DNA of 64,000 nucleotides from Terriglobia bacterium. Lineage in GTDB: Bacteria > Acidobacteriota > Terriglobia > UBA7540. This document shows, piece after piece, positions 19,594-29,835 of the stretch; position 1 is the stretch's first letter; every line of letters starts with the position of its first letter. A program made the translations under genes and the position numbers. Below the pieces are notes generated by a model that made no database searches, had not been told where the DNA came from, and was given only the letters and a program-made list of their open reading frames with translations. The DNA is taken from contig DATJVT010000240.1 of the NCBI GenBank assembly GCA_035501695.1, positions 1,389 to 65,388 on the forward strand. The letters are read 5' to 3'.

Positions 19594-21274
19594 GTTCGGA
19601 CCTGGCGGAGGTAACGTCGTTCTGATCGCGACGGATCATGGCCAAAGCAAAATGGTACCCTGGCGCGGAGGGGCGAATTTCAATGGCCTGCTGCACGAAT
19701 TGCGCCGCTTCCTCGGTCCGGCCTTGTCGCCAGAGGCTCAAGCCGAGGTAGACGAACTCATCCGAGTCCGCGGCATTGATGGCGATGGCCCGCCTTAGGG
19801 AAGCCTCCGCGTCCTGAAACCTCCCGAGTTTGTAATAGGCATAACCGAGATTGTAATTGGCCAGCCAGAACCCCGGTTCGCGTGACAAGACCTGGGAGTA
19901 AAGCGCCATGGCCTGGGCAGGGTTGCCCGTTTCCATTAGCGCTGTCCCCAGGTCATTGCAGATCAAATTGTCGCGGGGAGCGATCTTATACGCTCGCTGG
20001 TAGAGAAGCAGGTCCGTGGCCCAATAGGATTGCTGCGCAATTGTCCCGAATGCGTACCCCAGGGCCAGCACGGCGAAGGCGGCGAACGGCCGGGTCGGGC
20101 GGCCCGCGCCTGAGCGCCGGCTGATTTCAGCCAAAAACAGTGCCACTAGCAGGACAAAGCCGACAGACGGAATATAAAGATAGCGGTCGTGAGCAATGTC
20201 ACCCTCCGCATAGGCACGCAGCCAGAGGGCGGGGAGAATCGGCAGCACCATCCAGCAGCAGGCAAACAGAGCTAATCGGTTATCCTCCAGTCGGCGGATC
20301 CCCCAGGCGAGCACCACCACTAACGCCAACAACATCGCAGCGGGAAACAGGAATTGCGCCGATGCCGGGTCGACCACATAGGGCAGGCCGTAAAGCCCGC
20401 TCAGCCCGGCGGGGAACAACAGGTGGCGAACATACAACCAGAGAATGGAGGGTTCGGTCAGCGCCATGCTGCGCAAGCTCAGGGGAGTTACGGAGTGCGA
20501 CAAACCGCGCAAGACATGCGCGCGCCAGGGAAGGTACAGGAGGGTCAAACCGAAGAACCCCACGGAATGCTTCAGGGCAAACTTGAACCGGGGAATCCAG
20601 GCACGCTCTTGGGCATACAGCCACGCATACACGAAGACGAGCGGGCCCAGCACGACGGCAGTCTCCTTCACGAGCAATCCCAGGACAAATAACGCCAGCG
20701 CCGCGGCCATCCAACCCCAGCGGAGCCTCTCGCGCCATCTCAAATAAGCCAGGAAGCTCCCGATCAGGAAAACTGCCATGAGCGGGTCGGTGACGCCGGA
20801 GATCCACGCGACACTCTCGATGTGAACGGGATGGAGGGCAAACAGCGTCGCGGCGCCAAGCGCGGTCAATGGACTCTCCGTCATGCGTCGAATCAGGATG
20901 AGCACCAGGCAGGTTGCGGCCACATGGCAGAGGACGGTGGTCAGGTGCCATCCCACCGGGTCAAGCCCAAACAGCGCGTGGTTCAGCCGAAACCAGAGCA
21001 GAAAAAGAGGGCGATAATAATTGCCACTTACATGTGGATACAATTCCGCCCAGGCATGGGAAGTAAAGTAGGTGGGCAAGTACCGCCAGGCATGGATGGC
21101 CGGGTTCTGGATGATCTGCGGTTTGTCGTCGTAGATGAACTCAAATCCCAGGGTGGGTATATAGACAAGGAAGGCGATGGCGCCGACAAGAGTTTCACCG
21201 ACGCCGCGCCTAGTCAGCCATTGCCTCCAGACGTCCGCACCACGTGAGAGATTAATCTGGGTCTCCGCGCTCAC
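19514..21274 (-). CDS. TMTC/DUF1736-like membrane TPR protein, diverged paralog 4
   Basis: ORF 19514..21418 contains FIYDDKPQIIQNPA, YYRPLFL, ALHPVHIESVAWISG and C-terminal TPRs. ATG 21418 would overlap the upstream methyltransferase gene by 79 nt, so GTG 21274 is proposed. The start remains uncertain. Confidence 0.75.
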   Translation of the reverse strand: MSAETQINLSRGADVWRQWLTRRGVGETLVGAIAFLVYIPTLGFEFIYDDKPQIIQNPAIHAWRYLPTYFTSHAWAELYPHVSGNYYRPLFLLWFRLNHALFGLDPVGWHLTTVLCHVAATCLVLILIRRMTESPLTALGAATLFALHPVHIESVAWISGVTDPLMAVFLIGSFLAYLRWRERLRWGWMAAALALFVLGLLVKETAVVLGPLVFVYAWLYAQERAWIPRFKFALKHSVGFFGLTLLYLPWRAHVLRGLSHSVTPLSLRSMALTEPSILWLYVRHLLFPAGLSGLYGLPYVVDPASAQFLFPAAMLLALVVVLAWGIRRLEDNRLALFACCWMVLPILPALWLRAYAEGDIAHDRYLYIPSVGFVLLVALFLAEISRRSGAGRPTRPFAAFAVLALGYAFGTIAQQSYWATDLLLYQRAYKIAPRDNLICNDLGTALMETGNPAQAMALYSQVLSREPGFWLANYNLGYAYYKLGRFQDAEASLRRAIAINAADSDEFVYLGLSLWRQGRTEEAAQFVQQAIEIRPSAPGYHFALAMIRRDQNDVTSARSELSLELQYHPENIVARQQLEALDHPAP

Positions 21275-21339
21275 CGAGCAGGAATCCTCGCTTCCTAACT
21301 TTGTCGGGAAACAGATTAAGCCGGAGGGGGGCTTCACGT

Positions 21340-22041
21340 CTACTCGGGTTTTCGTCCCGAGACCAGCAGGGCGCCTTCCATCTTGAAGCGGTACATCTGC
21401 GCCGCGTCGCGGAACCATCGGCCGGTGTAAACCTCCGGGGTGGGGGACAGGTCAGGAACGCGGCGGTGGCCGACGTCACCGAATCCAGCGGCGCGGAAAA
21501 GTTCCTCCCAATCCGCGGCGAAGAGCAGATGGGTGGGAATCTTGAAGTGCGGCAGCCATTGGTGGCAGTCGAGGTTATCGCGGTAAAAGTTGATCAGGAT
21601 CCACGCCGATCCGGCGCCTTCGAGCACGCGGAAGATTTCACGCAGGCCGCGCGCCGGATCGTGCCAGTAGTAGGCGGACTCCACCGACAAGACCTTCGTG
21701 AAGGAACCGGAAGACGCGGGAATCTCCTCGGCGGTTCCGTGCGCGAACCGGACGTTGGCAATCCCGGCGCAGGCGTTTTCCGCCCGCCGCACCATCTCAT
21801 CCGAAACATCAATGCCCATTACCGAACCCTTGGGCACGTGTGCGGCGAGCCGCCGGACCAACCAACCGCTCCCGCAACCGACGTCCAGTACGCGGTCGGC
21901 GGGTTGCAAATCCATCAGCGCGAGCGTGGGCTCGACGATGGGGAGATGGCTCTCCTCCATCTCTTCCCCACGTCCCGCCTCCGCCCAGCGGTTGAATTCC
22001 TCGCGCAGGAGTTCTTTGCCCGTATTATCAGAGGCGGCCAT
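21340..22041 (-). CDS. Class I SAM-dependent methyltransferase
   Basis: 233 aa with motif I VLDVGCGSGW. Confidence 0.8.
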   Translation of the reverse strand: MAASDNTGKELLREEFNRWAEAGRGEEMEESHLPIVEPTLALMDLQPADRVLDVGCGSGWLVRRLAAHVPKGSVMGIDVSDEMVRRAENACAGIANVRFAHGTAEEIPASSGSFTKVLSVESAYYWHDPARGLREIFRVLEGAGSAWILINFYRDNLDCHQWLPHFKIPTHLLFAADWEELFRAAGFGDVGHRRVPDLSPTPEVYTGRWFRDAAQMYRFKMEGALLVSGRKPE

Positions 22042-22101
22042 TACCCAATCTCCATTAAGAAATGATCCCCGGCTTTTCGGACGATACTGGCCAGTTCTCT
22101 T

Positions 22102-22383
22102 TCACATTGCACGGCGACGTCGCGCTCCGTGCAAGACTGCCAGAATCGTCAGGCAATCGCCTTTCACCTTGTAAGGAACTATGTAGGGAGTGTCCGCAAT
22201 GACCAACTCTCGAGTCCCCGGTTTCCTTCCGGCCCGTCCAAGGTGCGGATAGGCGGCAAGGCGGGTGACAGCCATGCAAATCCCGGTAGCCACACGCCTC
22301 GCTGCCTCAGGTTTGTCCTGCTCGATGTAGGCTTGAATGGCAGAAAGGTGGCGGATGGCTGTCTCGCTCCAAACTATTTGCAT
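22102..22383 (-). CDS. Type II toxin, RelE/ParE family
   Basis: 93 aa: MQIVWSETAIRHLSAIQAYIEQDKPEAARRV...YIVPYKVKGDCLTILAVLHGARR, a ParE-like pattern. It overlaps the upstream antitoxin gene by 10 nt. Confidence 0.8.
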   Translation of the reverse strand: MQIVWSETAIRHLSAIQAYIEQDKPEAARRVATGICMAVTRLAAYPHLGRAGRKPGTRELVIADTPYIVPYKVKGDCLTILAVLHGARRRRAM

Positions 22384-22643
22384 GAGGGTGGGCGGAGTTT
22401 TCGTTTGCGTCCCCAGGATTTCAGCCAGCGCTCAACCTCTTCGTGAGCGACGACTCGACCAGCCTCCGCATCGTGCAGTCCTGCCTCAATTTCTGCCAAT
22501 TGCCATTGCTGGTCTTCGACATAATGACGAAGTGCGTCGGTGGCGAGCCAGGAGCGGCTCCGGTCCGCGGCCTTGGCCAAATGGTCGAGGCGTTTCTTTA
22601 GCTCGATGGGGAGGCGGACGGTGATGGTTGCAGAGGATGCCAT
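22374..22643 (-). CDS. Type II antitoxin, ribbon-helix-helix (CopG/ParD-like)
   Basis: 89 aa. The N-terminus ITVRLPIELKKRLDHLAKAADRSRSWLATDALRHYV is a classic RHH fold sequence. Confidence 0.8.
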   Translation of the reverse strand: MASSATITVRLPIELKKRLDHLAKAADRSRSWLATDALRHYVEDQQWQLAEIEAGLHDAEAGRVVAHEEVERWLKSWGRKRKLRPPSCK

Positions 22644-22835
22644 GATTGATAATCACCTGTACACATTCTAGCACATTGCAATAAGTCGAGCCCTGCGCAG
22701 GGCCGATCCGCGCTCATGCAGGTCTATATTAAGGTGGGGCTGCCGAGGACTCACGCTCGGCCCCGCGCTTGCTTTGCGCAAAGGCTGCCCCTTTCCGGGG
22801 ACGCACCTCGCTATCCAACCTCGACTGCGCCGCCC

Positions 22836-23912
22836 CTACTTGTGAGAAATGATCACCGACTCCGGCATTGGCGGCTGGCGGAAGTGCTCACTGCGCGTGA
22901 AGCCGGCATTTTTGAACATGCGGTCGAACTCGGCGAAAGTGTAAGCGTCGCCGTGCGGAGTCGAACCCAGCATGATCATGCTGAAGGTGGCGGCTTCCGG
23001 CGGGGTCACGCGATCGTCGTTGGGCACGAATTCCAGCGTTACGGCGCGGCCCTGGGGAGCGAGCGCGGCGCGAACCTTGCGCAATAGGCCTTCGCAAGTG
23101 GGAACGTCAAAATGATGCAGGAAGTTCGTCAGCAGGACGACATCATAGCCTTCACCGAATTCGACATCAAAGGCGCTGCCCGGAGTAGTGGAGTAGCGGG
23201 ATTCCACGCCGGACTTTATCGCGTTCTCCCTGGCCACTTCCAGCACGCTCGCCCAGTCGACGGCGGTGATTTCAGCCTGCGGATTATGCCGGGCGATGTT
23301 GATGCCGAACAGGCCGTGGCCGGCCGCGATATCCAGCACACGCATCTTGCCGCCTTGGTCGGCGTTGACCATCTTGGAGATGAGTTCGGCCGGCATCATC
23401 ATCATCGGCGCCATGGAACGGGCGAAATCCACCCAGATGGGATTCTCGTAACCCACGGTCCCTTCTTCGCCCATCATTGTGCCGCCCTTCCGCACCGCGT
23501 CCGTGAGGCTGTCGAAGGCCTGGAGCATGACGGGCGAGTCCAGAAAACGTGCCGCGCCGCCCATGTAGGCGGGCGAGCGACGATCGAGAAACACGGCGGC
23601 GTCCGGAGCCAGGCCGTAATGCGAGTCGTCCTTGGTGAGAAATCCCATCACCGTAAGGTAATCGCAGAGAATGCGAACCCCACGCGCCGCGGCGCCGGTG
23701 CGTTCGGCAATCTGTTCTGCCGTGGTCTGCCGGTCCGCGATGGCGGTGAAGACATCAAGATCGATGGCGGCCCGCATAGCCGCCGTTTGTTGGTAGGCGT
23801 TGAAAGTTTGAAAGAGCCGCGCCGGAGTCGGCATGGCGGAAAAACTTGCAGGCGCCCCGGCCGATTCGATTTGCGGCTTTACCACTTGCTCAGGTGCGAT
23901 GGGTTGGCCCAT
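22836..23912 (-). CDS. O-methyltransferase family 2-like SAM-dependent methyltransferase
   Basis: 358 aa. An N-terminal winged-helix/dimerisation-like region is followed by [12 protein letters not shown] (motif I). Confidence 0.75.
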   Translation of the reverse strand: MGQPIAPEQVVKPQIESAGAPASFSAMPTPARLFQTFNAYQQTAAMRAAIDLDVFTAIADRQTTAEQIAERTGAAARGVRILCDYLTVMGFLTKDDSHYGLAPDAAVFLDRRSPAYMGGAARFLDSPVMLQAFDSLTDAVRKGGTMMGEEGTVGYENPIWVDFARSMAPMMMMPAELISKMVNADQGGKMRVLDIAAGHGLFGINIARHNPQAEITAVDWASVLEVARENAIKSGVESRYSTTPGSAFDVEFGEGYDVVLLTNFLHHFDVPTCEGLLRKVRAALAPQGRAVTLEFVPNDDRVTPPEAATFSMIMLGSTPHGDAYTFAEFDRMFKNAGFTRSEHFRQPPMPESVIISHK

Positions 23913-24154
23913 GGCGAACTCTCCTTAATCTAATGTCGCAGGCGGGGTTTGGGAATGCGGTATTCCCTTCCCTGCACGCGTCGTAGTCCGTATATTGGGA
24001 AACCGGTCCCCGCTCGGGAAAGCGGCCCCGCCAGTAGCGCGCCAAAGCGCACAGATGCGCTCGACACGCCTTAAAGTGTTATGAACTTGTAGCAATCAAG
24101 CCCTGAGTGCCAAATGTAACGTCTAAGAACTCACGCCGGGACGGGCGTTTTGAA

Positions 24155-25573
<1,419 letters not shown>

Positions 25574-25640
25574 TCATGGAATGCACCCTGAGGAATTCAG
25601 TGTACAACCACCCCGCGCCTTCCGCAAGTTGAGGCCGCGT

Positions 25641-25682
25641 TGCATCTTGAGTTTTGAATGTTGAATCTTGCATGTTGAATCT
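25641..25682. repeat. Heptamer array E2 (TGCATCT/TGAGTTT/TGAATGT/TGAATCT/TGCATGT/TGAATCT) in the thiC 5' region
   Basis: Six period-7 units about 90 nt upstream of the thiC start on the minus strand. No clean complementary partner array was found. Confidence 0.6.
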
Positions 25683-25955
25683 GGAGGCCCTGATGCCTCC
25701 CGCCAGGGGCAGGCTGAGCATCGGAAGGGCGAAAAGGGCGGTTACGCCTGCCGCGTGTGGCCTGCCGGGGAGCAATGCACCCGTCCTCGTGTGTCGTCCC
25801 TCTGCGGACTTCCTGTCCCCCAGGCCGGCGATCCGGAAAAGGCGTTTCCTACCGGTAGGAAATTTACGATTTAATTTGTGACATCTTGCCCGATCCGAAG
25901 CGAGAATTGCCGGATTTTGCTTGACAAGGTACCTGGGCTCTGGGGGAGGATTATA

Positions 25956-26004
25956 GGTGTCAGGGATTAGCGGCTCGGGCCTCGGGACTAGGGGTCAGGG
26001 GATG
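25956..26004. repeat. Heptamer array E3 (GGTGTCA/GGGATTA/GCGGCTC/GGGCCTC/GGGACTA/GGGGTCA/GGGGATG)
   Basis: Seven period-7 units of the form GGGnnnn. It also matches a G-quadruplex motif. No obvious partner arm. Confidence 0.6.
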
Positions 26005-26322
26005 GAAATTCCATGGAATGCGGATGGGGAGGCAGGCGATAATGAGGAAGAATCGGGCCGGAACCGGCGGGGCGGGCTCACTCGAACTGGGGCAAGAAGT
26101 CGGGGAAAGGGGCTCCACAAAAAAAATTTCCGCGACCGAAGCCGGAATGTGTATGAAAACAAATAGGAATCGGTCACATTGTCCGAGAGAAAACCGGATA
26201 TTTCTGCACGATTATACGCTTTCGGGTGAAATTTGTGCCTGCTGCAACGACAAACGCGTGACTTCTTGCACCTGATTGAACGGCCCACCCGGACCATCTG
26301 GGCACTTTTCGGGAGCTCTAAA

Positions 26323-27525
26323 ATGTGCAAATTCCAGATGCCTTCCTCAAGGGCGACGGCTAGGGTCCGGGTTGGGGCCGTAGCGCTGGCTTCCAGCCGG
26401 CAATTCGAGCGAAGAAGCCTCGCAGTGGCAGTCATCACAATACTCTCATTCATACCATCCGGCCATGCTCAGCAAGCGGCCGCGCCGGCGGCAGACACCT
26501 AGGGCGCATCCGCCGGTCGGCTGCCCGTCAAGCGTGTGGTGCTCTACAAGAACGGCGTGGGGTACTTCGAGCACTCCACGCGGGTGCGGGGCACGCAAGA
26601 TCTGAATATCGATTTCACCTCCGCCCAGTTGAACGACGCGCTGAAGTCGCTGACAGTCGTGGACCTGGGCGATGGGCGCATCATCGGGGTACGCTTCAAT
26701 TCCGTCGCGCCCCTCTCTGAGCGCCTGAAGACCCTGTCGCATCGCCGACCGCGAACTCGCCGACGAGGTGAACCGCTTCCTCAGCCTGATCGGCTCCGCC
26801 AAGGCGGTGGACCTGCAGCGGCTCACCATCTCCGTCGCGGGCGCGGGCGGTCGCGAAATCTTCGTCAGCTACATCAGCGAAGTGCCGGCGTGGAAGAGCA
26901 CCTACCGCATTCTGCTGGATCAGAAGAACGGCAACCAACTCCTGGTGCAAGGTTGGGCCGTGGTGGATAACACCATCGGCGAGGATTGGAAGGATGTCCA
27001 GTTGTCGCTGGTGGCCGGCGCGTCGGAGTCGTTCGTGCAGAACATTTCGCAGCCCATGTACGTCCGTCGGCCGGAAGTGCCGTGGAACCTAAGGCGGGGG
27101 CGCAGTTGGTAGTGGAAGAGTACAAACCCCTTTCCACGCGCGTGGAACTCTCTGATGTCTCAGATCAGGAGATCACCTTGCTGACCGGGCAAAATCGGAT
27201 GACTCCGGCGTTACACCAGGCGATCAAAAGGGTCCTGGACCAGAAAGGAGTGATCGACGGCCTGGATGAGCAGATCAAGACCCGCAAGAACGAAGAGCAG
27301 TCGATTGCCGCCGACCAGGGGCGGATTCGCGAGAACATGAAGGCGCTCAAGGGAAGCCCGGAGGAAAAAGCCCTTCTGCAACGCTACACCGGCCAACTGA
27401 ACCAGCAGGAGGACCGCCTGGCGGCGCTGCGCAGCCAGCTTGCCGACCTCACCGCCCGGCGCCAGCAGGCCTCCGATCAACTCGACAAGATCCTGGGGGA
27501 GATTGCCCTGGACGAGAAATTCTGA
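26323..27525 (+). pseudogene. Degraded DUF4139/DUF4140-family (mucoidy-inhibitor-like) gene: one in-frame stop, at least two frameshifts, probable internal deletions
   Basis: Four collinear ORF fragments. (1) 26233..26502 has a signal-peptide-like end ...SFIPSGHAQQAAAPAADT followed by TAG. (2) 26536..26970, same frame, reads RLPVKRVVLYKNGVGYFEHSTRVRGTQDLNIDFTSAQLNDALKSLTVVDLGDG.... (3) 26768..27112, frame +1, carries the hallmark ...VSYISEVPAWKSTYRILLD...WAVVDNTIGEDWKDVQLSLVAG.... (4) 26986..27525 is back in the original frame and has a coiled-coil tail. Confidence 0.65.
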
Positions 27526-27934
27526 GGAGTTTCCGACAATATTTCCTCTTGACAAATACGATATTATAGCCTATCGTAGGTGACTAAGTAAAGGAGGCTG
27601 CAGGGTGTTAAGGCCGACAGGCAAGATGTCTCGTGAGGGAAGGGGCCCGTCATGCCATGGTCGTTCTACCCCTAGCCAGGAAAGACGAAGCGGCGACTTG
27701 TTGTCGCTTGTGAAGCAAACATCCAAAGCTGATAAGTTATTGAAAAAACTGGATCGAAGATCGACTTTCTTCCATTTTCCAAAGCTGAGAACATGCTGAA
27801 AAAAAGTATGTTATTGAGATCTATGGAAAAGTGGAAAGATGGCGACAAATTGTCACCCGAAGATGGCCTTTGACGTTAGAACGGACGTGGCAAAACCGAC
27901 ACACTCCTGGATGCGACACTAGCCTGGGGGCTAT

Positions 27935-27962
27935 CCAAAATCCCAAATCAAAAATCGAGAAT
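27935..27962. repeat. Heptamer array E4 (CCAAAAT/CCCAAAT/CAAAAAT/CGAGAAT) abutting the efp stop codon
   Basis: Four period-7 units. The last unit ends where the efp stop codon (27962-27964, minus strand) begins. Confidence 0.55.
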
Positions 27963-28519
27963 CAGCCTGCTCGCTCGAGGTACTTGCCGTCGGCGGTATC
28001 AACGGTGATGACTTCGCCTTCATTTATGAAAGGCGGCACCTGAACTACCAGGCCGGTCTCTAGGGTGGCGGGTTTGCCCACGTTGGTCGCTGACCCTCCC
28101 TTGATGCCGGGTTCGGTCTGAACCACTTTCAGGTCCACGGTAGCCGGCAGTTCCACGTCCACCGGCCGGCCCTCAAAGAACGCCACTTTCAGGATGACGT
28201 CGGGCATCATGTACTGGGCGCGGTCGCCCACCGCCTCCTTGGTCAGGTGAATCTGCTCGTAATTGGCGATGTTCATGAAGTAGTAGGAATCGCCGTCGGC
28301 GTAGAGGTACTGCATCTCAACATCGTCAATGGCGGCGCGCTCCACCGTATCTTCCGAGCGGAAGCGGTGGTCGATCATGGCGCCGGTGCGCAGGTTACGC
28401 ATCTTGGCCTGCACGAAGGCGCGCAGGTTGCCCGGCGTGCGGTGTTCGGCCTTGTAGATGGTGAAAAGGTCGTTGTTGTGCCGGATGATCATTCCCGGCC
28501 GGAGATCATTCGCGTTCAT
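27962..28519 (-). CDS. efp: Elongation factor P
   Basis: 185 aa, alignable end to end with E. coli EF-P (…KPATLETGLVVQVPPFINEGEVITVDTADGKYLERA). The loop that carries K34 in E. coli reads TPGNLRAF here. Confidence 0.9.
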   Translation of the reverse strand: MNANDLRPGMIIRHNNDLFTIYKAEHRTPGNLRAFVQAKMRNLRTGAMIDHRFRSEDTVERAAIDDVEMQYLYADGDSYYFMNIANYEQIHLTKEAVGDRAQYMMPDVILKVAFFEGRPVDVELPATVDLKVVQTEPGIKGGSATNVGKPATLETGLVVQVPPFINEGEVITVDTADGKYLERAG

Positions 28520-28800
28520 ATATTATTCCTTCACTCAACTGAGGGTGGGGCTTAAAACAGGATGGAGACCTGGGAGTCCTTTCCCGCAAGAGCCCGAAAG
28601 TATGATTCTACCGGCTTCCCGCCCCCGCGTCAACGCAAGCCGCATTTTCGGCAAATCGTTGTAACTTTGTCATCAGAGGGGTAGACTATAGGCTCCTGCA
28701 AAGGTGATTCCTTCCCTGGAATCCTTGGGGGACGGCGCCGGATGGCCGGGCCCCCACGGCAAGACAGCGTATTGGGGTTGACCTGTTCGAGGCAAGAACC

Positions 28801-29835
28801 ATGGAAGATCAGAAACCTCCCTTTACCGCGACGATAGTTGCCGACCCGGCGGAAGCCGTGGCGCCCGCCGGCCCCCTGTCGCTGCCGTACGAGGAGGGCT
28901 GCAAGAAGATTCGGGAGTTAGCACTGAGGCAGCTCAACCGTTTCATGTCCTACGAAGCCAAAGTTCTGAAGGGCGACGATGCCGACGCCATCCACGACAT
29001 GCGGGTGGCCAGCCGCCGCTTGCAGCAGGTGCTCGACCTGCTCTATCCCAAGCCGCGCCACCCGGAACTGCGCCGCCTGCGCCGCCAGATTCGCCGCTGC
29101 CGCCAGGCACTGGGCGAGGTGCGTAACTGCGATGTGCTGCTGGAGCACGTGGAACTGGCGCTGGGAAGGAAACGCTCCGCGCGGCGTGAAGCCTGGACCG
29201 CCGTACAGCATTTCCTGCGGGTGAGCAGGTCGGAGTGTTTCCTCCGCGCCCTGCGCAAGCTCGGCAAGATCAATCTGGCGGTCTTTTACGTGAACCTGAA
29301 AGACTTTTTCCATCATGACAAGGTGCTGGACCAAGCCAGCGGGCATCATGCCCACGGGCAGTCCCCCGCCACCTTCGCCCAGGACCTGAACAAGGCCTTG
29401 GAGGCGGCGTGGAGCGGTTTCGAGCATCACATCGCGGACTCGCATCGTGATTCCCGGCCCGAGGTCATCCATGGGGCGCGCATCGCCACCAAGCGGCTGC
29501 GCTATCTACTGGAGGTCTTTCACGAACTCGGCGTTGAGGGCAGCGCCGAGGCCCTGGGATGGCTCCGCCAGCTCCAGAACCAGTTGGGCGACTGGCACGA
29601 CCTGGAAGTTCTGGAACAAAAGATGGTCGAAATGGTGGCGCGGCCGGAATACCTGCGCGACCACCTCCCCATGGCGATGGAGGTGGAGAAACTCATTCTG
29701 AGGAACCGAAAGTCCAAGGGAACACTCGAGGACCAATACCGGCAAATGTCCCGCGAGTCGGGGGATTTACGCAAGTTGAAAGAGTGGGTTTCCTACCTGT
29801 TGGCATCGCCTTCCGCTCCGCTCGCCAGGGCTTGA
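28801..29835 (+). CDS. CHAD domain-containing protein
   Basis: 344 aa with paired CHAD signatures HDMRVASRRLQQVLDLL and HGARIATKRLRYLLEVF plus conserved His/Arg-rich helices. Confidence 0.8.
   Translation: MEDQKPPFTATIVADPAEAVAPAGPLSLPYEEGCKKIRELALRQLNRFMSYEAKVLKGDDADAIHDMRVASRRLQQVLDLLYPKPRHPELRRLRRQIRRCRQALGEVRNCDVLLEHVELALGRKRSARREAWTAVQHFLRVSRSECFLRALRKLGKINLAVFYVNLKDFFHHDKVLDQASGHHAHGQSPATFAQDLNKALEAAWSGFEHHIADSHRDSRPEVIHGARIATKRLRYLLEVFHELGVEGSAEALGWLRQLQNQLGDWHDLEVLEQKMVEMVARPEYLRDHLPMAMEVEKLILRNRKSKGTLEDQYRQMSRESGDLRKLKEWVSYLLASPSAPLARA

Noticed and set aside
25575-26022. Exact 10-mer CATGGAATGC occurring twice (25575-25584 and 26013-26022), considered as the ends of an inserted element
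   Set aside because: The flanking sequences share nothing beyond the 10-mer. There are no target-site-duplication-like or terminal-inverted-repeat features and no mobility gene lies between the copies. It could be coincidence.
27605-27799. Calling the 64-codon ORF in the AT-rich island a protein-coding gene
   Set aside because: Despite a good SD and a GTG start, the product has no recognisable fold or family and is extremely basic. It is kept as a finding to test, not as a feature.
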